Shown one piece after another: positions 7,122-16,438 of a stretch of DNA of 33,730 nt. How positions within the stretch are numbered: the first letter of the stretch is position 1; the number at the start of each line of letters is the position of its first letter. The DNA is from a virus. Its lineage: Duplodnaviria > Caudoviricetes. A program made the position numbers and the translations under genes. A model generated the notes under the pieces. That model had not been told where the DNA came from and did not search any database. It was given only the letters and a program-made list of their open reading frames with translations. Location: positions 1 to 33,730 of the IMG/VR virus record IMGVR_UViG_3300033067_001182, one strand, 5' to 3'.

Positions 7122-7519
7122 GGTCCAGCCTCCGCATCCAGACTCACGCTTTCCCCAGTCTCGCCCTCGATCCACACGATGCCGCTACCCATCGGCGCGC
7201 CGATAATGCGCCGACAAGTCCAGCGCTTCGCCTTGCCGCGAACACCCCGCTTGGCCCACCCGTGGATCTCGATTTTTCCGCCCGCTTTCAGCCATCCGAG
7301 CGCCTTCGGCTCGGCCTCGATCTTCTCCCGCCGAGCCGCGACGTTCGATCCGCTCGTAGTCTGGATCAGCGTGATATGCCCGCAGAACGCGATCAAGTCC
7401 CCGAAGCCGAACAGGTCCTGCCGGACGTGTGCGAATGGGTTCCAGCGCTCGACCACCTGCGCGGTGTAGCCGAGATCGCGCATCAGCGCGAGGCTGCGTT
7501 GGGTTGGTGACACGCTCAC
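7118..7519 (-). CDS. PD-(D/E)xK-fold nuclease, resolvase-like (133 aa)
   Basis: SPTQRSLALMRDLGY...VERWNPFAHVRQDLFGFGDLIA...LIQTTS...IEIHGW is a typical phage restriction-endonuclease-fold pattern. GTGA coupling. Confidence 0.75.
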   Translation of the reverse strand: MSVSPTQRSLALMRDLGYTAQVVERWNPFAHVRQDLFGFGDLIAFCGHITLIQTTSGSNVAARREKIEAEPKALGWLKAGGKIEIHGWAKRGVRGKAKRWTCRRIIGAPMGSGIVWIEGETGESVSLDAEAGP

Positions 7520-7845
7520 GCCATCCTCCGCGCAATCATCGCAATCAACCGCAGGGCCAAGCGCGTGTCCTCCAGCCGATCCGCTGCCGTCACGTCGCGC
7601 CACGTCGCCGCGTCAACAGTATGCGCCGCGAGCCGGTCGGCAATCGCTGCCCGCAGGCTCTTCGCGTCGCGCTCGTCCCGCTTGCGCTTCGTCGGGTCGT
7701 GCGCGGCCAGCACGCCCTTCGCGGTTGCGATGTCCGCGCCGGTTGGCGGGTCAATCCAGTCGATGCGGCCCGTGCTGGCACAGCCGTGGATGCGTAGATT
7801 TTGTGCGCGGAGTTCGGAGTCGAGAGTCTGCACGTCGTACGTCAT
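7516..7845 (-). CDS. Putative tail fibre chaperone / tail accessory protein (109 aa)
   Basis: Start MTYDVQTLDSEL (ATGA overlap). It directly follows the tail protein and contains a VLAAHDP motif. Confidence 0.55.
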   Translation of the reverse strand: MTYDVQTLDSELRAQNLRIHGCASTGRIDWIDPPTGADIATAKGVLAAHDPTKRKRDERDAKSLRAAIADRLAAHTVDAATWRDVTAADRLEDTRLALRLIAMIARRMA

Positions 7846-8837
7846 GCGAGCACCGATCCACTGATACCGGAGACGATGGGGAGTGATCCGGATGTGTTGT
7901 CGCCGAAAAACGTGTGTGTGCCAGTCGCTGTCCCGGCCTCCAACCAAGTCAGGTAGTGGTACCCGAGCCCCGGTAGTCCTCTGTATGTGCCGATGATGTT
8001 GCTGTACCCGATGACGGAGAGTCCGCGTGTCCCATCAGTCACGAATACCGTGGTGCTGTCCAGCCCGACTCCCGCGCAGGAGACATCCGACGAGGCGTAC
8101 GCCAAGACCGTTACTTGCGCGCGCGCCTCGTCCACGTTGAGTCCGCGTACGAAGGCGATCTGGTTGGATGCGCTGGCGTTGGCCTGCCGGATTGTGCTGC
8201 TCGCGTAGGACCAAGAGTCCGTACTGTCGAGCGCGAGCATCGGCCTCGGCACCCGGTTGTACATGTTCCACACGAAGCGCTTCGCGGCGCTGTCCTCGCA
8301 CTGCCCAGCCGCAGACGTGCGGAACGTGCCGAGATAAAGCCACGTCGGGTCGATCGACGGCTGGCAGTCGGACACCGACCCGCCCCACGATCCCAGCACG
8401 AGCCGACCGTCGCGGACCCCGAGTCCATCGGGGTGCATATCGGGATGAACAGGCACGGTGCCGCGGTTGGTGGTCGGCCACGCTCGGCACATGATCGACC
8501 ACTGCCCGGTCACATTGCGCACGTACACGTCGTAGTTGGTCGCATCGACGCAGGCGCTGATATCGAGCTGCAAGACCTTGCGCGTTTGCGTGCTGCCGAG
8601 GTCGTAGGGCACGTGCCGCGGCACCCAGTCCTCGCCGCTCCAGCATTCGATGGTGCCGCTCTCGTGCGGGACGACGTAGATGACGGATTTCGCGGTCTGG
8701 TCGGCAGTCGGCACGGATCGGGTACGATCCAGCGATAGCCTACAGCCGGACACGGATGCGCGGGGATACCAGAGCATCGGCGGGGCGGATTCGTCGCCGA
8801 TGCCGGGGAGTCGCGCGTCGTGTTCGAAGAAGGACAT
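7842..8837 (-). CDS. Tail fibre/spike-like virion protein (331 aa)
   Basis: Start reassigned to MSFFEHD at 8837. Beta-rich (GCRLSL...YDVYV...YLGTFRT...RFVWNMYNRV...GYHYLTWLE). Last large gene of the tail block. Confidence 0.65.
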   Translation of the reverse strand: MSFFEHDARLPGIGDESAPPMLWYPRASVSGCRLSLDRTRSVPTADQTAKSVIYVVPHESGTIECWSGEDWVPRHVPYDLGSTQTRKVLQLDISACVDATNYDVYVRNVTGQWSIMCRAWPTTNRGTVPVHPDMHPDGLGVRDGRLVLGSWGGSVSDCQPSIDPTWLYLGTFRTSAAGQCEDSAAKRFVWNMYNRVPRPMLALDSTDSWSYASSTIRQANASASNQIAFVRGLNVDEARAQVTVLAYASSDVSCAGVGLDSTTVFVTDGTRGLSVIGYSNIIGTYRGLPGLGYHYLTWLEAGTATGTHTFFGDNTSGSLPIVSGISGSVLA

Positions 8838-8838
8838 G

Positions 8839-9225
8839 CTAGTACGCTCCGCCGAAAGCCCAATGGTCACAAGCCTCGGCCTTCTCCGTCGAGACAGCCA
8901 GCACGTCGCCATTGTTCAGAAGCACCCGAGCGGGCCACGTCAGCTCAGCCGCCGGAGTCGCGGCAGCGACGGTGATCGCAGGCACAGGCTCCTCATGGAT
9001 CAGCCGATACGATCCGCCCGACTTCTTGATGTAGTAGCGGACCATCCCGGCCGTGGTCGTAACCTGGAACTTGCTGCGCACCTCGTCGATCTTGTCGCCG
9101 TCCGTGGTGCCCGTGTACAGGTCATAGATTGTCCCGGTGCCGTCGCGGTTCGTGTTCGCGGCGGTGCTCTGGATGAACCCGCAAATGAGCGTGTCGGGAA
9201 AGATCGGTGTAGTGCCGGCAGCCAT
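8839..9225 (-). CDS. Virion tail-associated beta protein (128 aa)
   Basis: TAANTNRDGTGTIYDLYTG...FGGAY; Thr/Gly-rich; lies in the tail block. Confidence 0.65.
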   Translation of the reverse strand: MAAGTTPIFPDTLICGFIQSTAANTNRDGTGTIYDLYTGTTDGDKIDEVRSKFQVTTTAGMVRYYIKKSGGSYRLIHEEPVPAITVAAATPAAELTWPARVLLNNGDVLAVSTEKAEACDHWAFGGAY

Positions 9226-9227
9226 GG

Positions 9228-9461
9228 CTATTCTCCGTACGGGATACCGAATTCGGGATGATCGACGAATCGCCGGTCCGTCCCGTCGTGGCGCATACGC
9301 TCCATGCGTCCGCGAGACCGAGGATCCCTACTGGTGCGGTACACGTAGTCACGGAACAGGCCGATTACCGTGCCCATAGCGCACTTATCTGTTCCGCGCA
9401 GAAGATCCAGTTTTTTGCGAGCTATCCAGAACGCAGTCATTCCTTCGTCTGATGTCGGCAT
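9228..9461 (-). CDS. Hypothetical protein (77 aa)
   Basis: GGAGG RBS; fills the gap exactly. Confidence 0.55.
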   Translation of the reverse strand: MPTSDEGMTAFWIARKKLDLLRGTDKCAMGTVIGLFRDYVYRTSRDPRSRGRMERMRHDGTDRRFVDHPEFGIPYGE

Positions 9462-9464
9462 CTC

Positions 9465-10805
9465 TTACCCTCCGAAGAAAATGTTGCGCACGCGCGAATT
9501 CGCCGCCGCCTCGGCACCACCCGCGGCCGGAGCGTGTACCCGCAGATTCCCGGCCAGGACCTGAACCGTTGCGCCGCCGGAGCCGACCACGCCTACGCGC
9601 CCGTCCGCGCTCGCGCCCGCCGACTTAAAGATCGACGTGACGCCTCTGTGGACATGATCCGCCCTCGCCGCCGTAGTTCCGACGCCCACCGTCCCTGCGG
9701 ACGATACCTTGCTCGGCGTCGTGCTGGCAAGAGAAACGGACGCCGCAGCAGACACGACGAACGTCCGCGTCGCCTTCTGCCGAATCCTCACCGATCCGCC
9801 GCCGGAGAACGTCACAGACCCAGAGAATGATGCGCTCCCGGCAGTCCTGATGAACTTGACGCCTCTGTGGACATGGTCCGCCCGCGCCGCTGTGGTCCCG
9901 ACGCCAACGGTGCCCGTGACCGACACCATATTCGGCGTCGTGCCGGCAAGCGTCGCCGCAGTCCCTGAAACGATGAACTTCCTCGTCGCGGTCTGCCGGA
10001 TCCTCACAGACCCGGCCCCGCTCAGCGTCACGTTCCCGTAGAACGAAGCGCTCCCAGCCGTCTTGATCGACGTAATCAGGTTCCCCCGATCAAGCAAGTG
10101 CGGCCGCCACGGATGCGCCCGGCGCCCCTTCTCCACCGACATCTGCGAGAACATGGCCTGCCCGTTCGCAGCCACAATCAGCGCAGTCGTGACCTTCGTC
10201 GTCCCCTTGTACGTCACGAACGCAAGCGGTTGCCTGAGCGGTGACCGCAGGTCATACCACGGCGTCCCGTCACCCGGCCGGAACCGCCAAGCGTGCGTGC
10301 GGGCAGTGCTGCTCCCGCTGTTCTCCGTGACCATTACGCCGGCATATTGCCCACTGATCGGGCGGACCCACCCGCCGACCACATACCACGTCTGACCGGT
10401 CGCACTCGCGCTCTGCGTCAGCGACTTCGGCACACCGAACGCATGGAATACCTGGAGCGCATTGCGAGCACCCTTTGGCAGACCAGTAGTGACCTTCCCT
10501 GTACTCACGCCACCGGGGACCGTCCACCGGCTGTCGCCGTTTGTCCCCTGCGTGAAGTCGGAGTTGCGGACATAATTCCAGTGTTCGGACTGGTACTCAC
10601 TCTGGTCCGCCTCGCCCCACAGCCGCGCCTGAAACGACTGGTTAGCACTCTCGCACCTGCGGTATTCTCCCAACAGACGGAACAGCGCGCGCAATGCGTC
10701 CGCATCCTGCGCCCCGTCCACGATTCGGGCAATCTGTCGGTCGTCCGGCCACGTCTTGCCGAACGGCAGCCGCGGAAACCCGCCCTTCTCTCCGACCCTG
10801 CCCAT
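9465..10805 (-). CDS. Tail fibre-like protein (446 aa) with CBM-like domain and ARADHVH repeats
   Basis: NYVRNSDF...W...QMSVEKG...W resembles a carbohydrate-binding jelly roll. Two roughly 73-aa repeats end GTVGVGTTAARADHVHRGV. Confidence 0.75.
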   Translation of the reverse strand: MGRVGEKGGFPRLPFGKTWPDDRQIARIVDGAQDADALRALFRLLGEYRRCESANQSFQARLWGEADQSEYQSEHWNYVRNSDFTQGTNGDSRWTVPGGVSTGKVTTGLPKGARNALQVFHAFGVPKSLTQSASATGQTWYVVGGWVRPISGQYAGVMVTENSGSSTARTHAWRFRPGDGTPWYDLRSPLRQPLAFVTYKGTTKVTTALIVAANGQAMFSQMSVEKGRRAHPWRPHLLDRGNLITSIKTAGSASFYGNVTLSGAGSVRIRQTATRKFIVSGTAATLAGTTPNMVSVTGTVGVGTTAARADHVHRGVKFIRTAGSASFSGSVTFSGGGSVRIRQKATRTFVVSAAASVSLASTTPSKVSSAGTVGVGTTAARADHVHRGVTSIFKSAGASADGRVGVVGSGGATVQVLAGNLRVHAPAAGGAEAAANSRVRNIFFGG

Positions 10806-13800
10806 TACTTCCCGCCCGCGAAAAGCGCCTCGGCGCCCTGCCGCATCATGTCTGCCTTCTGATCCAGAATCCGGTTGATCTTGTCCCGCTTCTCACGAGG
10901 ACTCAGCTTCGACTTGCGAATCAGCATGATCGCCCGCTGAAGCTCCGCGTCATTCGCCACCAGCCCGCGGGCCATCTCGTACCGTCGAAGCTCAGCCTCG
11001 TGATCCTTGGCGAACCTCGCCTGATCCTCGCCACTCCGTAGCGCCACGCTCTCACTGGCCTGCCGGCCGGAAGTGTACGCGTCATGGACCGCGTCGCCTG
11101 GGTCTGTTCGCGTCGGATGCTCGCGCTCGATGAACCTGCCGACCACCGGCAGCCCGCGAAGCCGGTCATCCTGCGCCGGAAGTTCGCTGCCGAACAGGGA
11201 TGCCAGCGTATCCGTCGTCGAAAGCACCCCGCTGGCAAGCGTGCCGCCGAATGTCCGGGCATGACGCTCGGCTTCAATGGGCGACATCTCCACGCCCAAC
11301 GCCGACAACCCCTTGGTCACAGCGACGCTGGTCGCCCCCTGGTCAGGATACATCTGCTCATGCGGGGCACCCTTCTGGAGCGCCTGCGGGACGATGCTTT
11401 GGCCCCGCTCACCACTAGAGAACCGGGTCAGGTTGAGTTGCGACCCGGTACCACGCTCGACAATGAACTTCACCATCGGGTTAGTCAGAAGCGGGATCAT
11501 CCCATCCGCAACGCCAAGCGCAGACCCCAGCGCCTCCCGCGCCGCCCACGGGCGCTTCTTGCTCACGCCGTCCAGCAGCTTCTCCATCCAGTTGGCGAAC
11601 AGTACCACGGGTCCTTGCGGCTTGGGAATACGCCACGTTCTGCCTCTAACGCGGACGTGCCACCACTTGTCCCGCGACTCCTGCGGCAGATCTTTGTACC
11701 ACTTCTGGTCACTGTTCGCGTACCAGAAAAGCGCGCTGGCGCCCATCATGGCGGCAGCCTGAGTCGCGGCGTTACCTGGCCGGCGCTTTACGCCCTGCCA
11801 GAATCCGTATGCACCCTGGATATTCGCGTTCACGAACGGACTCACTGAGTTCACGGCTTTCATATACGCACCCGACCGGAGGAAGTCGGTTGTCACCTCC
11901 CGGCCCGCCTGCCCGAGGCGGGCCATCTGCCACGGGGCGAGATTAGACGCGTTCCACCCGTTCGCCTTGATCATTGCCTTGACCTCGCCCGTCCGCGTCG
12001 CCCGTTCCATGCCGGCAGACCAGTCCTCCATCAACCCCCAAATCGCCTTCTGCGCCGCGGTCTTGCCCTTCGTGCTAATCGCGTCCTGAAGCATCCGAGT
12101 CTGGACCTTTGCCACGTTGCCTTCCGGTAAGCCCTCAATGAACGCCCCGGACTCCCGTGCGATCCGATAGAACTCGTCCTTGTTAACCACGCTCCGGAGA
12201 CCAGAGAACGCATTGTACACGGCGCCAATGAACGGGACATTCTGCGTGCGACTCGTGACGCCAGACGTGAGCACGTCGGTGATGAAATTCTTCACGCCGA
12301 AGCCGATGTTGCCTGTGGTCCCATACCGGAACGCGCGCGCAGGCTTCGACAGAATCCCGAGCAGGTCAACCGATAGCTTGTCCGCGAAGTTGTCATTGCC
12401 GACGTTGTGCAACAGTTGCGCCACGTTCGGGTCTCGGACCTCGAATACAATCTCATCCGCGTCAATATTCTGGTATGGGCGTACCCCCTTAGAGTTCTTG
12501 TAGTTCCGCGCGCGGAACTGCCCGCGCTCAAGCGCAACATCATAGTCGCCGGAGAAGTCGGCCATCACCTTCGCAAGGTCCTCCTTGCTCATATTGTTTG
12601 CGAGCGCGTAGTCATCAACGGTCATGCCGATAGCCTTCGCAGCCTGTTCCACCCGCTCGATATTGCGGTACTGGACAATCTGCCCCGGCATGATGCGGAC
12701 GAAGTTCCCAATGTCCTTCTTTTCGTTCGCCATCTTGACCATCGTCAGCATCACGTCATTGCGCGCAGCCATCGGCCCCAACCGGGCCAGATTTGCCGCG
12801 TGCTGCGCCATCGGGTCCAGGATCGACTTCTCGCTTTCGAGCGCGGCCCGCGCCATGAAGTCGCCCGCGGACTCTCCCGCGCGGTTCATCGGCAGGTACG
12901 TCGGATTTGCGCCTTGCCATTTCTTCATCATGTCGTGCGAGACCAGCCCCTTCTCATTCAGCCATTTCGGAATGGCCTGAGTATGGTCCTTGAGCGGCCC
13001 CTGTGCAGCCGCGACCACCTTCGGGTCAGCGTTCGCCACGACGTCCCGCAAACGAGCGATCACCTGCGCCTGATCCTGCGCACTCGCCCCCGGCATCCGC
13101 GTGGTCAGCATCGCCACGGGGACCTTGAACGGACGCTTCGCCGCGATTGCCGCGTCGTATCTCTGGAGTACTCGCGAAGCATACACATACGCGCCAAGCT
13201 TGTCGTTGTCGCCGGCCGCCACAGCGACCTCGTGCAGCGACGGAGCCATGAACTTGCCCGGCGTGTGCGGGTCCGGCACGCCCTCGAAATAGAACGCCTC
13301 GGTCTGCGCCGGCATATGCCGCGCCCGCTCGATCATTACTGACGGCAAGTTGATCGGCTCTACGTTCTTGCCGTAGATTTGCAGCTCGGCCTTCCGCAGC
13401 GGGATCAGGTCGTCAATCAGGGCGTGGCCGATCTTCTCGGCCATCGTCATGTTGACCGGGGCGCTGGCCCCGGCGTGGGACACGAAGTTGGCGATGATCT
13501 TCGCCTCGTCGGTCGCTGCCTCGAACGCCAGGATCTCCCGCTGAAGGGCCACGAGATTCGCCGCCAACTTCGGGTCCTTGGCGTTCACGATGCCGTGGAA
13601 GTCGCGCATGAAATCCGGGGCTTTCGCAGCCAGCGCAGTCGGGTCAGACAGCCACAGGCGGACGCCCTCAGCAAACCCTTCGCTAGTAGTCGATGAACGC
13701 TTCCCGACCTGCAACCCCTGCGCCAGTGCGTCAAGCTCGTGCTTCCACGGCTTGAACGCTTCCCCGGTCAGAAGGTCCTTTGATCCGCCCTGGAATACGA

Positions 13801-16438
13801 TATCCTCCAGACGGTGCGCGACCTCGTGAAAGATGATGCCTGGGTCCTTGGCTATCACGTCGCCAGTGAAATTCCGATACACGCCGAGGGACCCGGCGCC
13901 AAGCCCCTTGTCGCTCACTGCCGTATTCGTGATTTGCGCGAGGAACTTTGTCAGCTCCTTCGCATTCATCGGCTTCCCGCGCGCGGCAGTCGCCGCCGGG
14001 GTCGTGGCCTGCTTCAGCGTCGCCGCCCCGCGCGCTTGCTCTGACACGCCGCCGACCGGCGCATAAGACGCCCCTTCCGGGGACATCTTCCCCGGTGGAG
14101 TCAGATTCCGGAGGAATTCCCCCAAGTCGTTCTCGTGAGCGTCAGCGATCATGCCCGCGTCAAACAGGGTCTGGGCCGCCTGATCGGGCCTCGTGTAGGT
14201 GTCGAGCGAGCGAAGCCATCCGGGGACGTTGTCCAGATACTCTTGCAGCCCCTTGATACCAACGATCTTCCCGGCCGCGTTCTTGCGGACGTACGATTGC
14301 TCGAAGTACGGAGCGAGTTGGCGCGTAATTGACAGAGCGTCGCCCTTGTTCGTTTGTAGCAAACGCTTCAACGACTTCTTCTGCTGTGCTGTCAGATCGC
14401 GCCGCAGCCCGGACGGTGCGACGGAATCAATCAGGTCCTTGACGCGAGCGGACACGTTGGCGACCTCCTGCCCGGTGTCGCCAGCCATCGCAGCCTTTTC
14501 CCGCGCCGTGTTCTCCGCGACTTCGGCCGCCGATACGCGCGTCCCCTCGTCAATCGGGACCACGGAATCAGGAGCAAGCGTCATCTCGCCGCCCGGCCCC
14601 TTGACAACGCGTTGCCCTTCGAGATTGCCCACCACCTCATACTGCTCGCCGAACGCGCGGAACATTTCGCCTTCGGCCAAATCCCCCGCCCGCACGTTGG
14701 CTTGATACCTGGAGTCGGCCGGTAGGTCGATTGCGCCAGCGCTGGTCGGCTTCTCACCACCGATCATCTCGGCGAGGATCTTGTCCGCGTCCTTCCTGAC
14801 AGCCTTCGGCACCGGCGGTTTGGCCGGAGGGTTGATCGTCCCGGACGGTGGGACATGCGTCACGCGTTCCGGTTCAGCCGGAAGAACGTCGATGTCCATC
14901 TCCGGAGTAGGCCGTGCCTCAGGCTCTGGCCCAAGCAGGTCATCCCAGACGGACGCCTGCGCGATCCGGCGGGCTTCCTCCTGCGCGGCAGCCCGCTGGG
15001 ATGCACGCTCGCGTCCACCCTTCGACATCGCCCGCTGCGCCGGAGACATGAGCTTGCGCGCTCGCGCTTCGTCCTCCGCAGCCTGCCGTGCGGCAGCCTC
15101 AGCCTGATCGTCGGCAAGCGCCGCTGCCTGGTCGATCTCATCCTGCTTCGCCGACAACTCGGCCGCGGGGATGTCGTCCTGCGCGAACAAGTCATCCATC
15201 AGGGAGTCTGCCCGCGCCTGTTCTGCCCGAGCCGCGTCGCTCCCGACCACCTCGACGACGCTCTTGGCTTCCGAGTCGTCAGCAATCCGTGCGGCGTCAA
15301 CCCGCGCCTGCTCCGCCCGCGCCGATTCCCTCCCCGCCCCTTCGACGACGTCCTTGGTTTCCACCTCGTCAGCGATCCGCGCGGCGTCTGCTTGCGCCTG
15401 CTCTGCTCGCAATGCGTCCTTGGTTTCCACCTCGTCAGCGATCCGCGCGGCGTCTGCCCGCGCCTGCTTTGCTCGCAATGCGTCCTTGGCTTCGACCGCT
15501 TCGCGGGCCTTCGATGACGACGCCTGCGTGCGTGCGATCTCGTCGGCGTGGGTAACGGATTGCTCCCGGTAGTAAACGTCATCAACCGCGCCGAAGGTGT
15601 CGCTGCCGACGCCACCCGTCCGTGCGCGCGATAGCGTGTCGGCGTCCTTCAACTGCTTCAGCACGCCAGCGGCTTCGCCCGGCGAGTACTTCGCCACAGC
15701 CTCGTAAGCGGCCATCGCCGCGGCCTTCATCCGCGGCGTCACCCTCGCCCCGGACTGCGCCACAGCCTCGTATGCGCGGACGGCCTTCGCCGCGTTGCGC
15801 GTCGCTTCTTCGGCAGCCTTCGCCGCGCGCACGGCAGGCAGTTCGGCCGCGTCCAGAAATGCCAGTGGATCGGCCATCGTGCCAGTGACGGTGCCGATGC
15901 CCTCCGCGATGTCCTCCCCGAACGTGTTCGCCTTCTTGCCCGTGGCTTCCTCAAGCGCAGCCTCGCGCACAAGGTCGCGCTTGCGCCCCATCCCCTCGGC
16001 CGCGTAGTCGATCATCGGCCCGAACGTTTCCTTGAAGCCCTTCGCTCCGAGACTGGTCAGGTCCTCCTGCCCCTCGGGAGTGACTTCCTGCCCAAGCGAC
16101 CCGAACAACTCGGCAGTCGGATCGACCAGACCTCGATCCGCGCCCTTGACGCCCTTGTCGCGCGCCCCCTGAAGCACGCTCGCCAGCGTTTGCGCCGGAA
16201 GTGACACTGCGTTGACGGCGAGATTCCAGACAGCCTTCGCCCCCGGAATCAGGTAGTCCTGACGGAAGCCCTTGGACTTCCTCCGGCGCGGATCGTCGGA
16301 CGCAAGGAATCCATCATCCTCAGGTTCTTCCGCGTCGCGGAAGATGTCCTCAAGCTCAGCCTCGATTGCCCGGTTGCGCCGGTACGACGGGTCAAGGTCT
16401 TGTGCGTCATAGTCTCCGAACAGCGGGTCAATAGCCAC
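10805..16438 (-). CDS. Large internal virion/ejection protein (1877 aa), polyvalent-protein-like, with zincin HExxH and LPD38-like C-terminus
   Basis: Third gene after the nozzle. IIFHEVAHRLE...SEGFAE; DFLRSG...PFVNANIQG...WRIPKPQG. TAATG and TAGTG coupling with its neighbours. Confidence 0.8.
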   Translation of the reverse strand: MAIDPLFGDYDAQDLDPSYRRNRAIEAELEDIFRDAEEPEDDGFLASDDPRRRKSKGFRQDYLIPGAKAVWNLAVNAVSLPAQTLASVLQGARDKGVKGADRGLVDPTAELFGSLGQEVTPEGQEDLTSLGAKGFKETFGPMIDYAAEGMGRKRDLVREAALEEATGKKANTFGEDIAEGIGTVTGTMADPLAFLDAAELPAVRAAKAAEEATRNAAKAVRAYEAVAQSGARVTPRMKAAAMAAYEAVAKYSPGEAAGVLKQLKDADTLSRARTGGVGSDTFGAVDDVYYREQSVTHADEIARTQASSSKAREAVEAKDALRAKQARADAARIADEVETKDALRAEQAQADAARIADEVETKDVVEGAGRESARAEQARVDAARIADDSEAKSVVEVVGSDAARAEQARADSLMDDLFAQDDIPAAELSAKQDEIDQAAALADDQAEAAARQAAEDEARARKLMSPAQRAMSKGGRERASQRAAAQEEARRIAQASVWDDLLGPEPEARPTPEMDIDVLPAEPERVTHVPPSGTINPPAKPPVPKAVRKDADKILAEMIGGEKPTSAGAIDLPADSRYQANVRAGDLAEGEMFRAFGEQYEVVGNLEGQRVVKGPGGEMTLAPDSVVPIDEGTRVSAAEVAENTAREKAAMAGDTGQEVANVSARVKDLIDSVAPSGLRRDLTAQQKKSLKRLLQTNKGDALSITRQLAPYFEQSYVRKNAAGKIVGIKGLQEYLDNVPGWLRSLDTYTRPDQAAQTLFDAGMIADAHENDLGEFLRNLTPPGKMSPEGASYAPVGGVSEQARGAATLKQATTPAATAARGKPMNAKELTKFLAQITNTAVSDKGLGAGSLGVYRNFTGDVIAKDPGIIFHEVAHRLEDIVFQGGSKDLLTGEAFKPWKHELDALAQGLQVGKRSSTTSEGFAEGVRLWLSDPTALAAKAPDFMRDFHGIVNAKDPKLAANLVALQREILAFEAATDEAKIIANFVSHAGASAPVNMTMAEKIGHALIDDLIPLRKAELQIYGKNVEPINLPSVMIERARHMPAQTEAFYFEGVPDPHTPGKFMAPSLHEVAVAAGDNDKLGAYVYASRVLQRYDAAIAAKRPFKVPVAMLTTRMPGASAQDQAQVIARLRDVVANADPKVVAAAQGPLKDHTQAIPKWLNEKGLVSHDMMKKWQGANPTYLPMNRAGESAGDFMARAALESEKSILDPMAQHAANLARLGPMAARNDVMLTMVKMANEKKDIGNFVRIMPGQIVQYRNIERVEQAAKAIGMTVDDYALANNMSKEDLAKVMADFSGDYDVALERGQFRARNYKNSKGVRPYQNIDADEIVFEVRDPNVAQLLHNVGNDNFADKLSVDLLGILSKPARAFRYGTTGNIGFGVKNFITDVLTSGVTSRTQNVPFIGAVYNAFSGLRSVVNKDEFYRIARESGAFIEGLPEGNVAKVQTRMLQDAISTKGKTAAQKAIWGLMEDWSAGMERATRTGEVKAMIKANGWNASNLAPWQMARLGQAGREVTTDFLRSGAYMKAVNSVSPFVNANIQGAYGFWQGVKRRPGNAATQAAAMMGASALFWYANSDQKWYKDLPQESRDKWWHVRVRGRTWRIPKPQGPVVLFANWMEKLLDGVSKKRPWAAREALGSALGVADGMIPLLTNPMVKFIVERGTGSQLNLTRFSSGERGQSIVPQALQKGAPHEQMYPDQGATSVAVTKGLSALGVEMSPIEAERHARTFGGTLASGVLSTTDTLASLFGSELPAQDDRLRGLPVVGRFIEREHPTRTDPGDAVHDAYTSGRQASESVALRSGEDQARFAKDHEAELRRYEMARGLVANDAELQRAIMLIRKSKLSPREKRDKINRILDQKADMMRQGAEALFAGGK
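15205..15490 (-). repeat. Coding tandem repeat (two 66-bp units plus two diverged longer units)
   Basis: KDALRAKQARADAARIADEVET / KDALRAEQAQADAARIADEVET / KDVVEGAGRESARAEQARVDAARIADDSEA / KSVVEVVGSDAARAEQARAD. Confidence 0.8.

Noticed and set aside
9560-10080. Duplicated tail segment as a DGR template/variable repeat pair
   Set aside because: Both copies are in-frame within one gene, the differences are not adenine-specific, and no reverse transcriptase is in the window.
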